A stretch of 64,000 bases of DNA from Myxococcota bacterium (GTDB lineage: Bacteria; Myxococcota; JACRCW01), in assembly GCA_040752415.1 (NCBI GenBank), contig JBFMGU010000012.1, forward strand, positions 12,783-76,782, in the 5' to 3' direction. The notes beneath the pieces were generated by a model that was given only the letters and a program-made list of their open reading frames with translations, searched no databases and was not told where the DNA came from. Positions 9,173-19,158 of the stretch are shown here, piece after piece (position 1 is the first letter of the stretch; each line of letters opens with the position of its first letter). The translations under genes were made by a program, and so were the position numbers.

Positions 9173-9864
9173 GCACGCGTTGGTGGTGGGGATGGATGTT
9201 TGCCGTGGTGATGGGCTGTGGTCCGGCCCATATTGCTCCCTACACGCCCAAGGAGCGGGCCTACCCGCCACCGCCGCCGCCACCGTCGGGTGAGACGGCC
9301 TCGGAGGGAAGCCTGCTCAAGCCCGGCAGCACCGGCTCCTTGTACACCGACGCGCGCGCGTTCCGGGAGAACGACATCGTCATCGTCAAGGTGGTGGAAG
9401 AGGCGGATGCGCAGCGTCGGGCGGACACGGAGCTGGGCAAGCGCTCGTCGGTCAGCTCGGTGCTCAACGCATTGCCGTTCCTGGACCGCTTCATCAATCC
9501 CAATCCCGCCCTGGACCTGCCGCGGGAGTCGCGCATGGATGGCCAGCACGACATGTCCTTCGAGGGAAAGGGTGCCACCGGCCGCAGTGAGCGCTTTGTG
9601 GCCACCGTGCCCGTGGTGGTCCGACGCGTGCTGCCCAATGGCAACCTCTTCGTCGAGGGACACCGCGTCATCCTGGTCAACAACGAGGAGCACCACTTCT
9701 ACGTCTCGGGCGTGATCCGTCCCATCGACATCGAGCAGGACAACACCATCCGCAGCTCGCAGGTTGCCGACGCGGAGATCGAGTTCGTGGGGCGTGGTCG
9801 CATGAGCGACGCGCAGGAGCAGGGCTGGTTCAGCCGGTTCATCTCCTGGCTCTCGCCCTTCTGA
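9169..9864 (+). CDS. flgH: Flagellar L-ring lipoprotein FlgH
   Basis: Lipobox VMGC; SLYTDARA..NDIV; VLPNGNLFVEG; SGVIRPIDI..DNTIRSSQVADA; ends WLSPF. Confidence 0.93.
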   Translation: MSTRWWWGWMFAVVMGCGPAHIAPYTPKERAYPPPPPPPSGETASEGSLLKPGSTGSLYTDARAFRENDIVIVKVVEEADAQRRADTELGKRSSVSSVLNALPFLDRFINPNPALDLPRESRMDGQHDMSFEGKGATGRSERFVATVPVVVRRVLPNGNLFVEGHRVILVNNEEHHFYVSGVIRPIDIEQDNTIRSSQVADAEIEFVGRGRMSDAQEQGWFSRFISWLSPF

Positions 9865-9876
9865 GAGGAGGACGCC

Positions 9877-10971
9877 ATGTGGCGACGCAACCTGTTGCTC
9901 ACCTTGCTGCTGGCCCTGCTCCCGACGACGGGACACGCGGGCGCGCGGCTCAAGGAGCTGGCGGACGTTCGCGGGGTGCGCGACAACATGCTGCTGGGAT
10001 ACGGGCTTGTCGTCGGGCTTTCCGGAACGGGCGACTCCGAGCAGGTGCTCTTCACCGTGCAATCCCTCAGCGGCATGCTGGGCCGCCTGGGCGTGCGGGT
10101 GAGTCCGCAGGACATCCGCATGCGCAACGTGGCGGCCGTCATGGTCACCGCGCGGCTGCCCGCGTTCATGCGCCCCGGCTCGAGCATCGACGTGCACGTC
10201 TCCTCCCTGGGCAACGCGCGCTCCCTCTCCGGCGGCGTGCTGCTCCTCACCCCGCTGCAGGGTCCCGACGGAAACGTGTACGCGCTCTCGCAGGGACCGG
10301 TGCAGGTGGGCGGGTTTGACGCTTCCACGCCCGGCGGCGCGGTGCGCAAGAACCAGGCAACCACGGGACACATTCCCGGCGGTGGCGTCGTCGAGAAAGC
10401 GGTGATGCCCGCGCTGGAAGGCGCTCCGCTGGTGCTGGATCTCAAGAAGCCCGACTTCACCACCGCGGAACGCGTGGCCCGCGCCATCAATGAGAGCCAG
10501 GGCATGAACGTGGCCACCGCCCTCGACGCTGCCGCGGTGGAGGTGCGCTTCCCGCCGGAACACGTCGGTCAGACCGTGGCGTTCATCTCGCGCCTGGAGC
10601 AGTTGGAGGTGGAGCCGGATCGACGTGCGCGCGTGGTCATCAGCGAGCGCACCGGTACCGTCGTGGCGGGGGAGGGCGTGCGCATCCGCGCGGTGGCCAT
10701 TGCGCACGGTGGGCTGCAGGTCACCGTGGCGTCCCGTCCCGTCATCTCGCAACCGGGTCCGTTCTCGAGCGGAAAGACGGTGGCCGCGCAGCAGGACCAG
10801 GTGGACGCGCGCGAGGAGCGCAACGCGGTGGTGGCACTTCCCGCCACGGCCACGGTGCAGGAGCTGGTGCAGGCCCTCAACGCACTGGGTGTCACGCCGC
10901 GCGACCTCATCTCCATCCTGCAAGCCATCAAGGCCGCGGGTGCGCTCGACGCCGAGCTGGAGGTCCTATGA
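9877..10971 (+). CDS. flgI: Flagellar P-ring protein FlgI
   Basis: RLKEL..VRGVRDN.LLGYGLVVGL.GTGD; NVAAVMVTA; ILQAIKAAGAL.AEL. Confidence 0.95.
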   Translation: MWRRNLLLTLLLALLPTTGHAGARLKELADVRGVRDNMLLGYGLVVGLSGTGDSEQVLFTVQSLSGMLGRLGVRVSPQDIRMRNVAAVMVTARLPAFMRPGSSIDVHVSSLGNARSLSGGVLLLTPLQGPDGNVYALSQGPVQVGGFDASTPGGAVRKNQATTGHIPGGGVVEKAVMPALEGAPLVLDLKKPDFTTAERVARAINESQGMNVATALDAAAVEVRFPPEHVGQTVAFISRLEQLEVEPDRRARVVISERTGTVVAGEGVRIRAVAIAHGGLQVTVASRPVISQPGPFSSGKTVAAQQDQVDAREERNAVVALPATATVQELVQALNALGVTPRDLISILQAIKAAGALDAELEVL

Positions 10972-11594
10972 GCCAACCCGTCATCCCCGCCGGCGGTCCC
11001 AACGCCATGCTCGAGGAAGCACTGGTGAAACAGCTGCTGCGCACCAGCGGCGCGTTCGGCACCGGCTCGTCGGGAACGCTGTACGCGGACATGTTCGTCG
11101 ACGCGTTGGCGCAGGCCCTGGCGCAGAACGGCGGACTGGGAATCATGGAGCGACCCGGAACACGCGCGGGTGGTGCGGTGCTGCCAGCGTCGACGGGGTT
11201 GACCAGCGGATTTGGCCCGCGTGCCGACCCGCTGACGGGCCAGGCGTCGGAGCACCACGGCTGGGACCTGGCGGCGCCCACCGGCAGCCCGTTCCACACC
11301 GCCAGCGACGGAATCGTGACGCGGGTGGGACGGGACGAGGGTTACGGCAATTTCGTGGAAGTGTCCCACCCGGATGGCACGCACACCTTGTACGCACATG
11401 CGGAAGAGGTGACGGTGCGCGCCGGGCAGGCGGTGCGTCGGGGGGAGCAGCTGGGACGGGTGGGACAGACGGGGCGCGCCACCGGGCCGCACCTGCACCT
11501 GGAGGTCCGCGTGGCGGGGCGACCGGTGGATCCGGGGCGTGCGCTTATCGCCTACCGGACCCGTGCCGAAGAGCTGGTTGCAGGGAAGCGTTGA
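10968..11594 (+). CDS. flgJ: FlgJ-like rod-binding N-terminus fused to an M23 metallopeptidase
   Basis: N-terminal EEALVKQLL...YADMF.DALAQ...GGLGI; M23 motifs HHGWD, GYGN, YAH, TGPHLHLEVR; occupies the flgJ position. Confidence 0.75.
   Translation: MSQPVIPAGGPNAMLEEALVKQLLRTSGAFGTGSSGTLYADMFVDALAQALAQNGGLGIMERPGTRAGGAVLPASTGLTSGFGPRADPLTGQASEHHGWDLAAPTGSPFHTASDGIVTRVGRDEGYGNFVEVSHPDGTHTLYAHAEEVTVRAGQAVRRGEQLGRVGQTGRATGPHLHLEVRVAGRPVDPGRALIAYRTRAEELVAGKR
11544..11572 (+). promoter_or_regulatory. Sigma28-like promoter of flgM, embedded in the 3' end of flgJ
   Basis: CTTATC-N13-GTGCCGAAGA. Confidence 0.6.
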
Positions 11595-11611
11595 CTTCCG
11601 GAGGTGATGCC

Positions 11612-11899
11612 ATGCGCATCAAGGAAACAACCGAAGTCGGAGCGCTGCGCCCGGAAACCCCGGTGGAGAGCCGTGGCCCGCCGCAGAAGACCGAGACGAC
11701 GGCGCCACCGGCCGCCCAGGTGGCCATCTCCATTGCAAATGCTCGCGCCGCCGCCGACGCCGCCCGCAGCGCCCGTCTGCAGGAGATTCGCGCCGCGGTG
11801 GAGCGCGGGACCTACAAGCCGGACCCCGGCCGCATTGCCGACCAGATCCTGGAAGCCGCGGAGATCAATGCCCGGCTGCGCACACTGCTGATTCCGTGA
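11612..11899 (+). CDS. flgM: Anti-sigma28 factor FlgM
   Basis: MRIKE...RSARLQEIRAAVERGTYKPDPGRIADQIL; RBS GGAGG upstream; start re-called inside ORF 10625..11899. Confidence 0.85.
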   Translation: MRIKETTEVGALRPETPVESRGPPQKTETTAPPAAQVAISIANARAAADAARSARLQEIRAAVERGTYKPDPGRIADQILEAAEINARLRTLLIP

Positions 11900-12339
11900 A
11901 GGAGAACACCATGCTCGCGGGCCACGCTCGGGAATGCCTGGATGCACTGGAGGGCGAGCTGCGCCGGGAGCTGGAAGCGGTGCAGCGTTGGCCCGCGCTG
12001 CTGGGCCGGATGGACGCACCGGGGTTGCACGCGCTGGCCGCGGAGCGCACGCAGCGTCAGGAAAATGTCACGGCGCTGCAGCGCGCGCTGCAGGAGGCGC
12101 TGGACACGCTGTCCGCCGAGGAGCGCGCGTCTCCCGAGGTGACCGCAGCGCTCGCCCGCACGCGCGCCCTGGCGCGACGACTGCATCAGGCAGATGCACA
12201 ACATCACGCGCTGGCCTCGTCGGCGTTGCGGCTGGTGCGGCAGTACGTGGGCGCGCTGGCCCCGCCACCGGCGGCCTACACCCGGCAGGGACGCGCGCTG
12301 CCCACGTCGGTGCCCTCCGCCCTCCGACGTCGCGCCTGA
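11896..12339 (+). CDS. flgN: Flagellar export chaperone FlgN-like protein
   Basis: Helical 147-aa protein with C-terminal AYTRQG, between flgM and flgK. Confidence 0.7.
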   Translation: MKENTMLAGHARECLDALEGELRRELEAVQRWPALLGRMDAPGLHALAAERTQRQENVTALQRALQEALDTLSAEERASPEVTAALARTRALARRLHQADAQHHALASSALRLVRQYVGALAPPPAAYTRQGRALPTSVPSALRRRA

Positions 12340-12348
12340 GGAGATCCC

Positions 12349-13725
12349 ATGAGCAGCCTCCTGGGTTTGTTGGCGCAGAGCGGGATGAGCCTGGGTGCGC
12401 ACAGCGCGGCATCCGCCACCGCCAGCCACAACCTGCAGAACGCCAACACCCCCGGCTACGCGCGCCAGCGTGAGGCGCTTTCCGCCGTCATCCCGTCGGA
12501 GCTGGTGGGGGGCGCGTTCGTGGGACGTGGCGTGGAGCTGCTCACCATTGCCCAGGCGCGCGACCGTTTCCTGGAAGCACAGATCCCCGGAGCTTTGGCC
12601 GCGGCGGCCAGCTCGTCGGCGGAAGCGGAGGCGCTGCGCTCGGTGGCCGCGCTGGATCCCGACGCCGCGGGTGGCATGGTGGACGCGCTGGGAGCGTTCT
12701 TCTCGTCGCTGCGCCAGCTCTCGCAGGATCCCGGCAACACCAGCCTGCGCACCGCCGTGATTGCTTCCGCGCAGGGGCTTGGCCACGCGTTCAACCGCAC
12801 CGCGCAGGAGCTCGACGACGCACGGGTGGCGCTGGACCGCAGCGCGGAGGGCCGGGTGGCCAGCATCAACGCCGCGTCCGCCGCCATGGCCGAGCTGAAC
12901 CGTTCCATCCGCGTGGCGCGCGCCTCGGGTGCCGAGCCCAATGACCTGCTGGATGCGCGCTTGCGCCTGCGCGACGAGCTGGCTGCGCTCACCGGCGCCA
13001 GCGCCGTTCCCGACGGAGACGGCAACATCAACATGGTCCTTCCCGGGGGCGGCTCGCTGGTGGGCGGGGACCGCGCGGCGCAGCTGGGCACCACGCCTAA
13101 CGCCGCCAACGGTGGGCACGTGGCCATCACGCTGCGCTCCGCCGACGGACAGACGCGCACCCTCACCTCGGGATCGCTCGGCGGCACGCTGGGCGGAGAG
13201 CTGGCCGCGCGCGACGGTGCGCTGGCGCAGGCACAGGCGGCGCTGGATGCGTTGGCCTTTGACGTCGGTGGCGCGCTCAACGCGGTGCACCGTGGGGGCG
13301 TGGGGCTCGACGGGAGCACGGGTCGGGACCTCTTCTCCGTCGGGGCCACCGCTGCCGGCGCGGCGCGGCGCATCCAGGTTGACCCCGCGGTGCTCGCCGA
13401 CTCACGGGCGTTCGCCGCCTCCAGCTCGGGTGCCACGGGCGACGGCGCCAACCTCGCCGCGTTGCTCTCCGTCGAGCAGCAGGCGGGTGAGGGCCTGGGC
13501 CGCATCCTCTCCGACTACGGCGTGGCGGCGCAGGGCGCGGACATCCGTCGTCAACACGGTGAAGCCCAACGCGATCACCTGCAGGCCCTGCGCGAGTCCG
13601 CCTCCGGCGTTTCCATTGACGAGGAGCTGATCCACATGACGCAGGCCCAGCGCGCGTACGAGGCGGTGATGCGCGTCATCAAGACCGCCGACGAGATGCT
13701 GGGCACATTGATGGAGCTGAAGTGA
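12349..13725 (+). CDS. flgK: Hook-associated protein FlgK
   Basis: SHNLQNANTPGYARQR; PNDLLDAR; SGVSIDEE...QRAYEA. Confidence 0.93.
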   Translation: MSSLLGLLAQSGMSLGAHSAASATASHNLQNANTPGYARQREALSAVIPSELVGGAFVGRGVELLTIAQARDRFLEAQIPGALAAAASSSAEAEALRSVAALDPDAAGGMVDALGAFFSSLRQLSQDPGNTSLRTAVIASAQGLGHAFNRTAQELDDARVALDRSAEGRVASINAASAAMAELNRSIRVARASGAEPNDLLDARLRLRDELAALTGASAVPDGDGNINMVLPGGGSLVGGDRAAQLGTTPNAANGGHVAITLRSADGQTRTLTSGSLGGTLGGELAARDGALAQAQAALDALAFDVGGALNAVHRGGVGLDGSTGRDLFSVGATAAGAARRIQVDPAVLADSRAFAASSSGATGDGANLAALLSVEQQAGEGLGRILSDYGVAAQGADIRRQHGEAQRDHLQALRESASGVSIDEELIHMTQAQRAYEAVMRVIKTADEMLGTLMELK

Positions 13726-13735
13726 GGGAGGCGCC

Positions 13736-14620
13736 ATGCGGGTGACCGATCGCATGATCTTCGAGAACGCGCGCCGCGACACGATGGCGGCACGTCAGCG
13801 CCTGGAGGACGCCACGCGTGAGGCCAGCACCGGGATGCGCGTGACCCATCCCTGGGATGACCCGGCGGCAACGGGGCTCCTGGTGCAGCGTCGCCTGGCC
13901 GGTGCGCGCTGGGACGCGCAGCGGACTTCCGTGGAGCGCGCGGCCGACGAGCTTTCCGTGGCCGACTCCGCGCTGGATTCCGTGGCCAACGCGGTCTCCC
14001 GCGCGCAGCAGCTGGCCGTGCAGCTTTCCAACGCCACCTACTCGGCGGGCGACCGCGCCGGCGCCGCGCGCGAGGTGCAGGGCCTGATCTCCGACGTCAT
14101 CGGGACGCTGAACCGCCAGGTGGGCAACCGCTACATCTTCGGTGGAACCGCCGACGGGGCGCCGCCGTTCGACGCCACCGGTGCCTACCAGGGCGACGCC
14201 AACGTGCGCAGCGTGGAGGTGATGCCCGGTGTCAACGTGAACACCAGCGTGCGCGCGGATGTGTATCTCCAGGGTTCCGGCGGCGGTGTCGACGTGCTGG
14301 ACACGCTGCGGACACTCCAGGCCGCCCTGGAGAACAACGACCCGGCCGCCATCTCCGGCACGCTTGATGACCTGGCGACGGGCGTGGACCAGGTGGCGCG
14401 GGCGCGCGCGGAGGCGGGGGCGAACACGCTTCTGCTGGATTCCGCGGCGGCGGCCGCGCGGGTGGCGTCGGACCAGGAGGTGGTGGCAGGCGCCGCGCTC
14501 AGCGAGGTGGATGTCATTGATGCCGCCACGCGGCTGGCCCACGCCGAGCGCGCCCTGGAGGCGGCGTTGGCGGCGACGTCGCGCAGCTTCGCCAAGACGC
14601 TCCTGGACACGTTGAGATGA
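13736..14620 (+). CDS. flgL: Hook-associated protein FlgL
   Basis: MRVT..., STGMRV..PWDDP, GNRYIFGG...PPF. Confidence 0.92.
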   Translation: MRVTDRMIFENARRDTMAARQRLEDATREASTGMRVTHPWDDPAATGLLVQRRLAGARWDAQRTSVERAADELSVADSALDSVANAVSRAQQLAVQLSNATYSAGDRAGAAREVQGLISDVIGTLNRQVGNRYIFGGTADGAPPFDATGAYQGDANVRSVEVMPGVNVNTSVRADVYLQGSGGGVDVLDTLRTLQAALENNDPAAISGTLDDLATGVDQVARARAEAGANTLLLDSAAAAARVASDQEVVAGAALSEVDVIDAATRLAHAERALEAALAATSRSFAKTLLDTLR

Positions 14621-14623
14621 CGC

Positions 14624-16810
14624 ATGTTGTCTCCCGTCCTCGACCTCGGCTTCCGTCCCTCCACGAGCCCGCAGGCGAGCGCTGAGCGGAAGCTGGCAGC
14701 GGCGGTGCGTTGGCGCATGCGGCTCCAGCGCCGTGTCATGGGCGAGCCCGTGGCGACGGCGTTGTCCTGCGTGGCCACGTTGCTCAGCGTGGCGGTGGGG
14801 CTCCCGGACCTGGATGATCGTCCGCCGGGAATTGCCGGCTTCTTTCCGCGGCAGCGTTCCCTGCGAATGCTGCAGCAGTGGGGCCTGCGCGTGCTTCCCG
14901 GCCTGGTCCTCCGCCGCAACAGCATCTCCGCGCTCCTCGCTTTTCCCGACGAGCGGAGCTGGCGGGTGGTGCTCCTGTTGGATCCGGGCATGGCGCCGGG
15001 GACGCGGGACGCGCTGCAGCGACGCGTCGACGCGATCCGCGCGCTGGTGGCGCGTCACGGCGTGTCGTTGCGACTGGAGCTGGTGGACGCGCTCTCCCAC
15101 GCCGACGTGATGGAGCTGGCGCTGAATGGTGTGTGCGTGGCGGGTCGTGTGCCGGAGAGCGCCTGGCGTGTGGCCGCGCCCGGCGCCTGGAACGTGGTGG
15201 GCTTCCGCGCGTTGCTGCGCCGGATGACGTCGGATTTCCGGTGGTTGGCCACGCTGATGGCGCACTCCTCGAGCCCACGCGCCTGGGTGGACTCGGTGTT
15301 GGCGGAGTGTGCTGCCCTCTCCGGCGTCCTGCTCGCGGATCCCGACGTGGTGGCGTGGGCCGCGCTGCGTGGTCGCGCGGAGCAGGTGCTGATGCGCCAG
15401 GTGCTGAGGCAGTCCACCACCGTCGACCGCACCGCCCGCTGGGCCCTGGGCAACGCCGCGCCGCGCGTGTCCTGGTTCGCGCCGCCGGGCGCGCTCCTCG
15501 GCGACACCACCACCGCGGAGCTGCTGGCGTTGGGACGTGAGCTGCGCGGCAGCGTCGTGGTTCACGCGCGCCGTCCTCCCCTGGCCGAGCGCGTGGCGAC
15601 GCGCGCCGAGGTCCGCGAGCGCGTGGGCTGGGGCATGCCACGACTGCTGTGGCGGACCCTGGCGTCCCAGCTTCCCGTCGGGAGCGGCGAGGCGCCGTGG
15701 TTCCTGCAGGCGCGTTGGGATGTGCGGGGACGTGCGGTGGTGCACCATCCCGACGGCGCGGTGTTCACGCGCGGGCTCACGCCGCTGCAGGCGCAGGCCC
15801 GGGCGGTCTGGTTGGTGCTGCAGTGCCATGGCGACCGCGCGATCCGCCCGCTGCTCCCCGAGCCGTGGCGTCGTCTGGCGGACGCGCGCGCTCCGTCCTC
15901 GCTTGCCCTGGCGCAGGCCACTGGCGCCGAGCACGAGGTGTTGTGCGTGGACCTCCCGCGCGCCGGTCCCATCGCGGCGCACCGCATGTCCGTGACGGGC
16001 GCGCTGCGCTGGATGGCGCCCCTGGAACGACGTCGTCGGCTCAGCGTGGAGGCGGTGTCTCCCGCGGCCTCGCCGCTGGTGGCAACGCTGAAGCAGGTGC
16101 TGCAACACGAGGGCGACGCGCGCGAAGCGCCACGCCTCCTCCAGCTGGGTGAGCAGCTGCACGTCTTGACGGGGCGGGGTGCTCGCGCCGTGCCCCTGCG
16201 CCGTGCGTTACGCCGTCCGCTCGTCGTGGATGAGCTGCGCTCTTACCCGGGCGCGCTGACCGCCGGACTGGTTGCCGGGGCCCTGCCCGGGGTGCATCAC
16301 AGCGCGGTGCATTGTCATATCTCCGTCGACGCGGAAGGAGCGGCGCGCCTCACCTACCGGGACACGCTGGGCACGTGGATGACCGAGCCGGTGCGCATGT
16401 CCGTTCTCGAGCTGCACCTGCGCGCCACGCGCGAGATGCTGCAGAACGCTCGCAACCCGGTGGCGCTGCTGCTCACCGCGGACCCGCTGGCCGCCCGACA
16501 GGTCCAGCGCGCCGCGCCGCCGCCGTCGTTGGTGACACGTGTGGAGGTGTGGGGAACGCTGCCGTGGGGCCTGGTGCTCAACGTCGACGGCGAGCTGTTC
16601 TCCGGTGGGGATGGCTGGCACGCCGCTGCGCTGGCGGTGAGCTCGCGCTGGCCCCTGACCGAGCGCGCCGCGCTGGATGTCCGCGCGCAGGCCAACGCAC
16701 CGGGAATGACCACGGCCATGGCCTGCCTGTGGGCGCGCTCCCTGGTGATCCGGCGCATGGAAAACCGCCTGCGCCTGCTGGGCGCCACTTATCAGCTCCC
16801 CGGGCGGTGA
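14624..16810 (+). CDS. Degenerate class I adenylate cyclase-like protein (probably inactive)
   Basis: N-terminus parallels the recalled CyaA sequence (R..R....MG....L....TLL....P......P.GI..F.P; LQRR...I......GV......D), but the GS..S..Q...SDxD catalytic motif is absent. Confidence 0.55.
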   Translation: MLSPVLDLGFRPSTSPQASAERKLAAAVRWRMRLQRRVMGEPVATALSCVATLLSVAVGLPDLDDRPPGIAGFFPRQRSLRMLQQWGLRVLPGLVLRRNSISALLAFPDERSWRVVLLLDPGMAPGTRDALQRRVDAIRALVARHGVSLRLELVDALSHADVMELALNGVCVAGRVPESAWRVAAPGAWNVVGFRALLRRMTSDFRWLATLMAHSSSPRAWVDSVLAECAALSGVLLADPDVVAWAALRGRAEQVLMRQVLRQSTTVDRTARWALGNAAPRVSWFAPPGALLGDTTTAELLALGRELRGSVVVHARRPPLAERVATRAEVRERVGWGMPRLLWRTLASQLPVGSGEAPWFLQARWDVRGRAVVHHPDGAVFTRGLTPLQAQARAVWLVLQCHGDRAIRPLLPEPWRRLADARAPSSLALAQATGAEHEVLCVDLPRAGPIAAHRMSVTGALRWMAPLERRRRLSVEAVSPAASPLVATLKQVLQHEGDAREAPRLLQLGEQLHVLTGRGARAVPLRRALRRPLVVDELRSYPGALTAGLVAGALPGVHHSAVHCHISVDAEGAARLTYRDTLGTWMTEPVRMSVLELHLRATREMLQNARNPVALLLTADPLAARQVQRAAPPPSLVTRVEVWGTLPWGLVLNVDGELFSGGDGWHAAALAVSSRWPLTERAALDVRAQANAPGMTTAMACLWARSLVIRRMENRLRLLGATYQLPGR

Positions 16811-16816
16811 CGAGAA
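16788..16816 (+). promoter_or_regulatory. Sigma28-like promoter of fliC
   Basis: CTTATC-N13-GTGACGAGAA, about 85 bp upstream of fliC. Confidence 0.65.
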
Positions 16817-16900
16817 GCATGCAGGAACGGGCGGCAAGCCCAACGGAGCCTGGCGGCCAGTGACCATCCTGGACACGCGCCATGGCGCAAGGAGACCACC

Positions 16901-17731
16901 ATGGTCATGTCCATCCAGACCAACGTCAGCTCCCTCAACGCACAGCGCAACCTCTCGCAGACGCAGATGCGCCTGGATTCCTCGCTCTCCAAGCTGTCCT
17001 CGGGTTACCGCATCACCAAGGCCGGCGACGACGCCGCGGGCCTGGGCGTGAGCAGCAACCTGGTGGCCCAGGTGCGCAGCCTCAACCAGGCCGCGCGCAA
17101 CGCCGGGGACGGAATCTCGGTGATCCAGACGGCGGAAGGCGCGCTCAATGAGACCGGCAACATCCTGACCCGCCTGCGTGAGCTGGCCATGCAGAGCGCT
17201 TCCGACGGCATCACCGACACCGAGCGCGCCTACATCCAGTCGGAAGGCACCGCGCTCATCAACGAGCTGGACCGCATTGCGCAGGTGACCGAGTTCAACG
17301 GTACCAAGCTGCTCGACGGCGGCGCGGCCACCCTGGACTTCCAGGTGGGCATCCGCGACAGCGCCAATGACCGCATCAGCGTCACCACCGCCGACGCCAC
17401 CAGTGCCACCCTCGGCGTGGACACCGCGTCCATTGACCTGTCCACCAAGGCGGGTGCGCAGGCGGCGCTGACCTCGGTGGACTCCGCCATCAATGACGTC
17501 TCGGACATCCGCGCCACCTTCGGTGCGGTGGGCAACCGGCTGCAGTCCGTGGTGGCCACCATCCAGAACGCGTCCGAGAACCTCTCCGCCGCCAACAGCC
17601 GCATCCGCGACGTGGACGTGGCGGAGGAGACCAGCCAGATGAGCCGCGCGCAGGTGCTGATGCAGGCCGGTGTCTCGGTGCTGGCGCAGGCCAACCAGAT
17701 GCCGCAGGTGGCCCTCAAGCTCCTGGGTTGA
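16901..17731 (+). CDS. fliC: Flagellin (short, 276 aa)
   Basis: IQTNVSSLNAQR; LSSGYRI..AGDDAAGL; RATFGAVGNRL; SRIRDVDVAEE; LAQANQ. Confidence 0.97.
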   Translation: MVMSIQTNVSSLNAQRNLSQTQMRLDSSLSKLSSGYRITKAGDDAAGLGVSSNLVAQVRSLNQAARNAGDGISVIQTAEGALNETGNILTRLRELAMQSASDGITDTERAYIQSEGTALINELDRIAQVTEFNGTKLLDGGAATLDFQVGIRDSANDRISVTTADATSATLGVDTASIDLSTKAGAQAALTSVDSAINDVSDIRATFGAVGNRLQSVVATIQNASENLSAANSRIRDVDVAEETSQMSRAQVLMQAGVSVLAQANQMPQVALKLLG

Positions 17732-17747
17732 TGCACGTTCCCTGGGC

Positions 17748-17785
17748 CCGGCGCCGTTCCTTCCTGGATGAAGGGACGGCGTCGG
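17748..17785 (+). terminator. Stem-loop downstream of fliC (terminator or mRNA stabiliser)
   Basis: CCGGCGCCGTTCCTTC / GAAGGGACGGCGTCGG, a 16-bp stem with two G-U pairs; no U-tract. Confidence 0.55.
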
Positions 17786-17805
17786 CCTCGCTTGAGGAGT
17801 AGGTC

Positions 17806-19158
17806 ATGGCTGCTTCCTTCCGCGCGAGCGGGCTGGCCTCCGGGCTGGACACCGCCACGCTCATTGAAGGGCTGGTCAAGCTGGAAGCGCGACCCATTGA
17901 CCTCGTCAAGGGTCGCCAGAAGGCGGCGGAGGCGCAGCTCAGCGCGCTGGGCGACCTCATCTCCAAGCTGCAGGCGTTGCAGAGCGCGGCACGCGCGCTG
18001 GGCGACCACGGTCCCCTGGCGCTCAAGGCCACCACCTCCGCCACCGGTTTCACCGCCGTGGCCGCGCCCGGTGCGCAGGCCGGCACGTATGACATCTCGG
18101 TGGGAACGCTGGCCGTGGCCGCCAAGGCGCGCTCGCAGACCTTTGCCAGCGCCACCTCGGCGGTGACCGGCGGAACGCTGACCCTGGGCGTGCAGGGGCA
18201 GAGCTACAACATCACCATCTCCGACGGCGCCGCGCTCTCCGACGTGGCCACCGCCATCAACGCCTCCGGCGCGCCCATCAGCGCCACCGTGCTCACCACC
18301 TCCAACGGCGCCGTGCTCTCGCTGGTCAACCGCAACACCGGTCACCCGGTGGGGCAGGACCCGTCCACCGCGCTCACCATCTCCGAGGTCAGCACCGGGA
18401 TGGCGGGCCAGTCGCTGGGCCTTTCCGTCACGCAACCGGCGGTGAATGCCACCTTCCAGATCGACGGGATGCCGTTCGAGCGCACCACCAACGAGGTCAC
18501 CGACGCGCTTCCCAACGTCACCCTCAGCCTCAAGAAGGGCGGAACGGCCGCGGAGCCACTCTCGTTGGCGCAGGACGTGGAAGGCACGGCGCAGTCGCTG
18601 CAGAAGTTCGTGGACGCGTACAACGCGGTGGCCAAGCTGGTGCACACCGCGATGAACACCACCGCCAGCACCAACCGCGGCACCACGCTGGCCGGCGACG
18701 CGGGCGTGCGCAGCGTGCAGCGCCATCTCCACAAGCTGGTCTCCGGCGACGTGGCGGGGCTGACCGGCACCGTGCGCGCCCTGGCCGACCTGGGCATCGA
18801 GACGGCGCGCGACGGCACCATCTCGCTGGACCGCGCCACGCTGGAGAAGGCCCTGGCGCGCGACCCCGACGGCGTCACCCGCGTGTTCACCCAGGGCAGC
18901 ACCGGCGTGGGGGACGCCGTGGACGCGCTGGTGGACGTGTTCACCGCCTCCGGCGACGGCGTCCTCGTCAGCGCCAGGAAATCCATGCAGGACCGCATCG
19001 CCCAGCTCCAGGATGACGTGGAGCGCATGCAGCTGAGGGTGGACCAGTTCCAGGAGAACCTGGTGCGCCAGTTCGCGGCCATGGAGAAGGTGGTCAGCGG
19101 GCTGCGCAGCATCAGCGACTTCCTGGTCAACCAGTCCAACCAGGAGAACAAGTCATGA
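17806..19158 (+). CDS. fliD: Filament cap protein FliD
   Basis: SGLASGLDT..LIE.LV..E; FVDAYN; LAGD; LADLGI....DG; QFAAME. Confidence 0.93.
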   Translation: MAASFRASGLASGLDTATLIEGLVKLEARPIDLVKGRQKAAEAQLSALGDLISKLQALQSAARALGDHGPLALKATTSATGFTAVAAPGAQAGTYDISVGTLAVAAKARSQTFASATSAVTGGTLTLGVQGQSYNITISDGAALSDVATAINASGAPISATVLTTSNGAVLSLVNRNTGHPVGQDPSTALTISEVSTGMAGQSLGLSVTQPAVNATFQIDGMPFERTTNEVTDALPNVTLSLKKGGTAAEPLSLAQDVEGTAQSLQKFVDAYNAVAKLVHTAMNTTASTNRGTTLAGDAGVRSVQRHLHKLVSGDVAGLTGTVRALADLGIETARDGTISLDRATLEKALARDPDGVTRVFTQGSTGVGDAVDALVDVFTASGDGVLVSARKSMQDRIAQLQDDVERMQLRVDQFQENLVRQFAAMEKVVSGLRSISDFLVNQSNQENKS

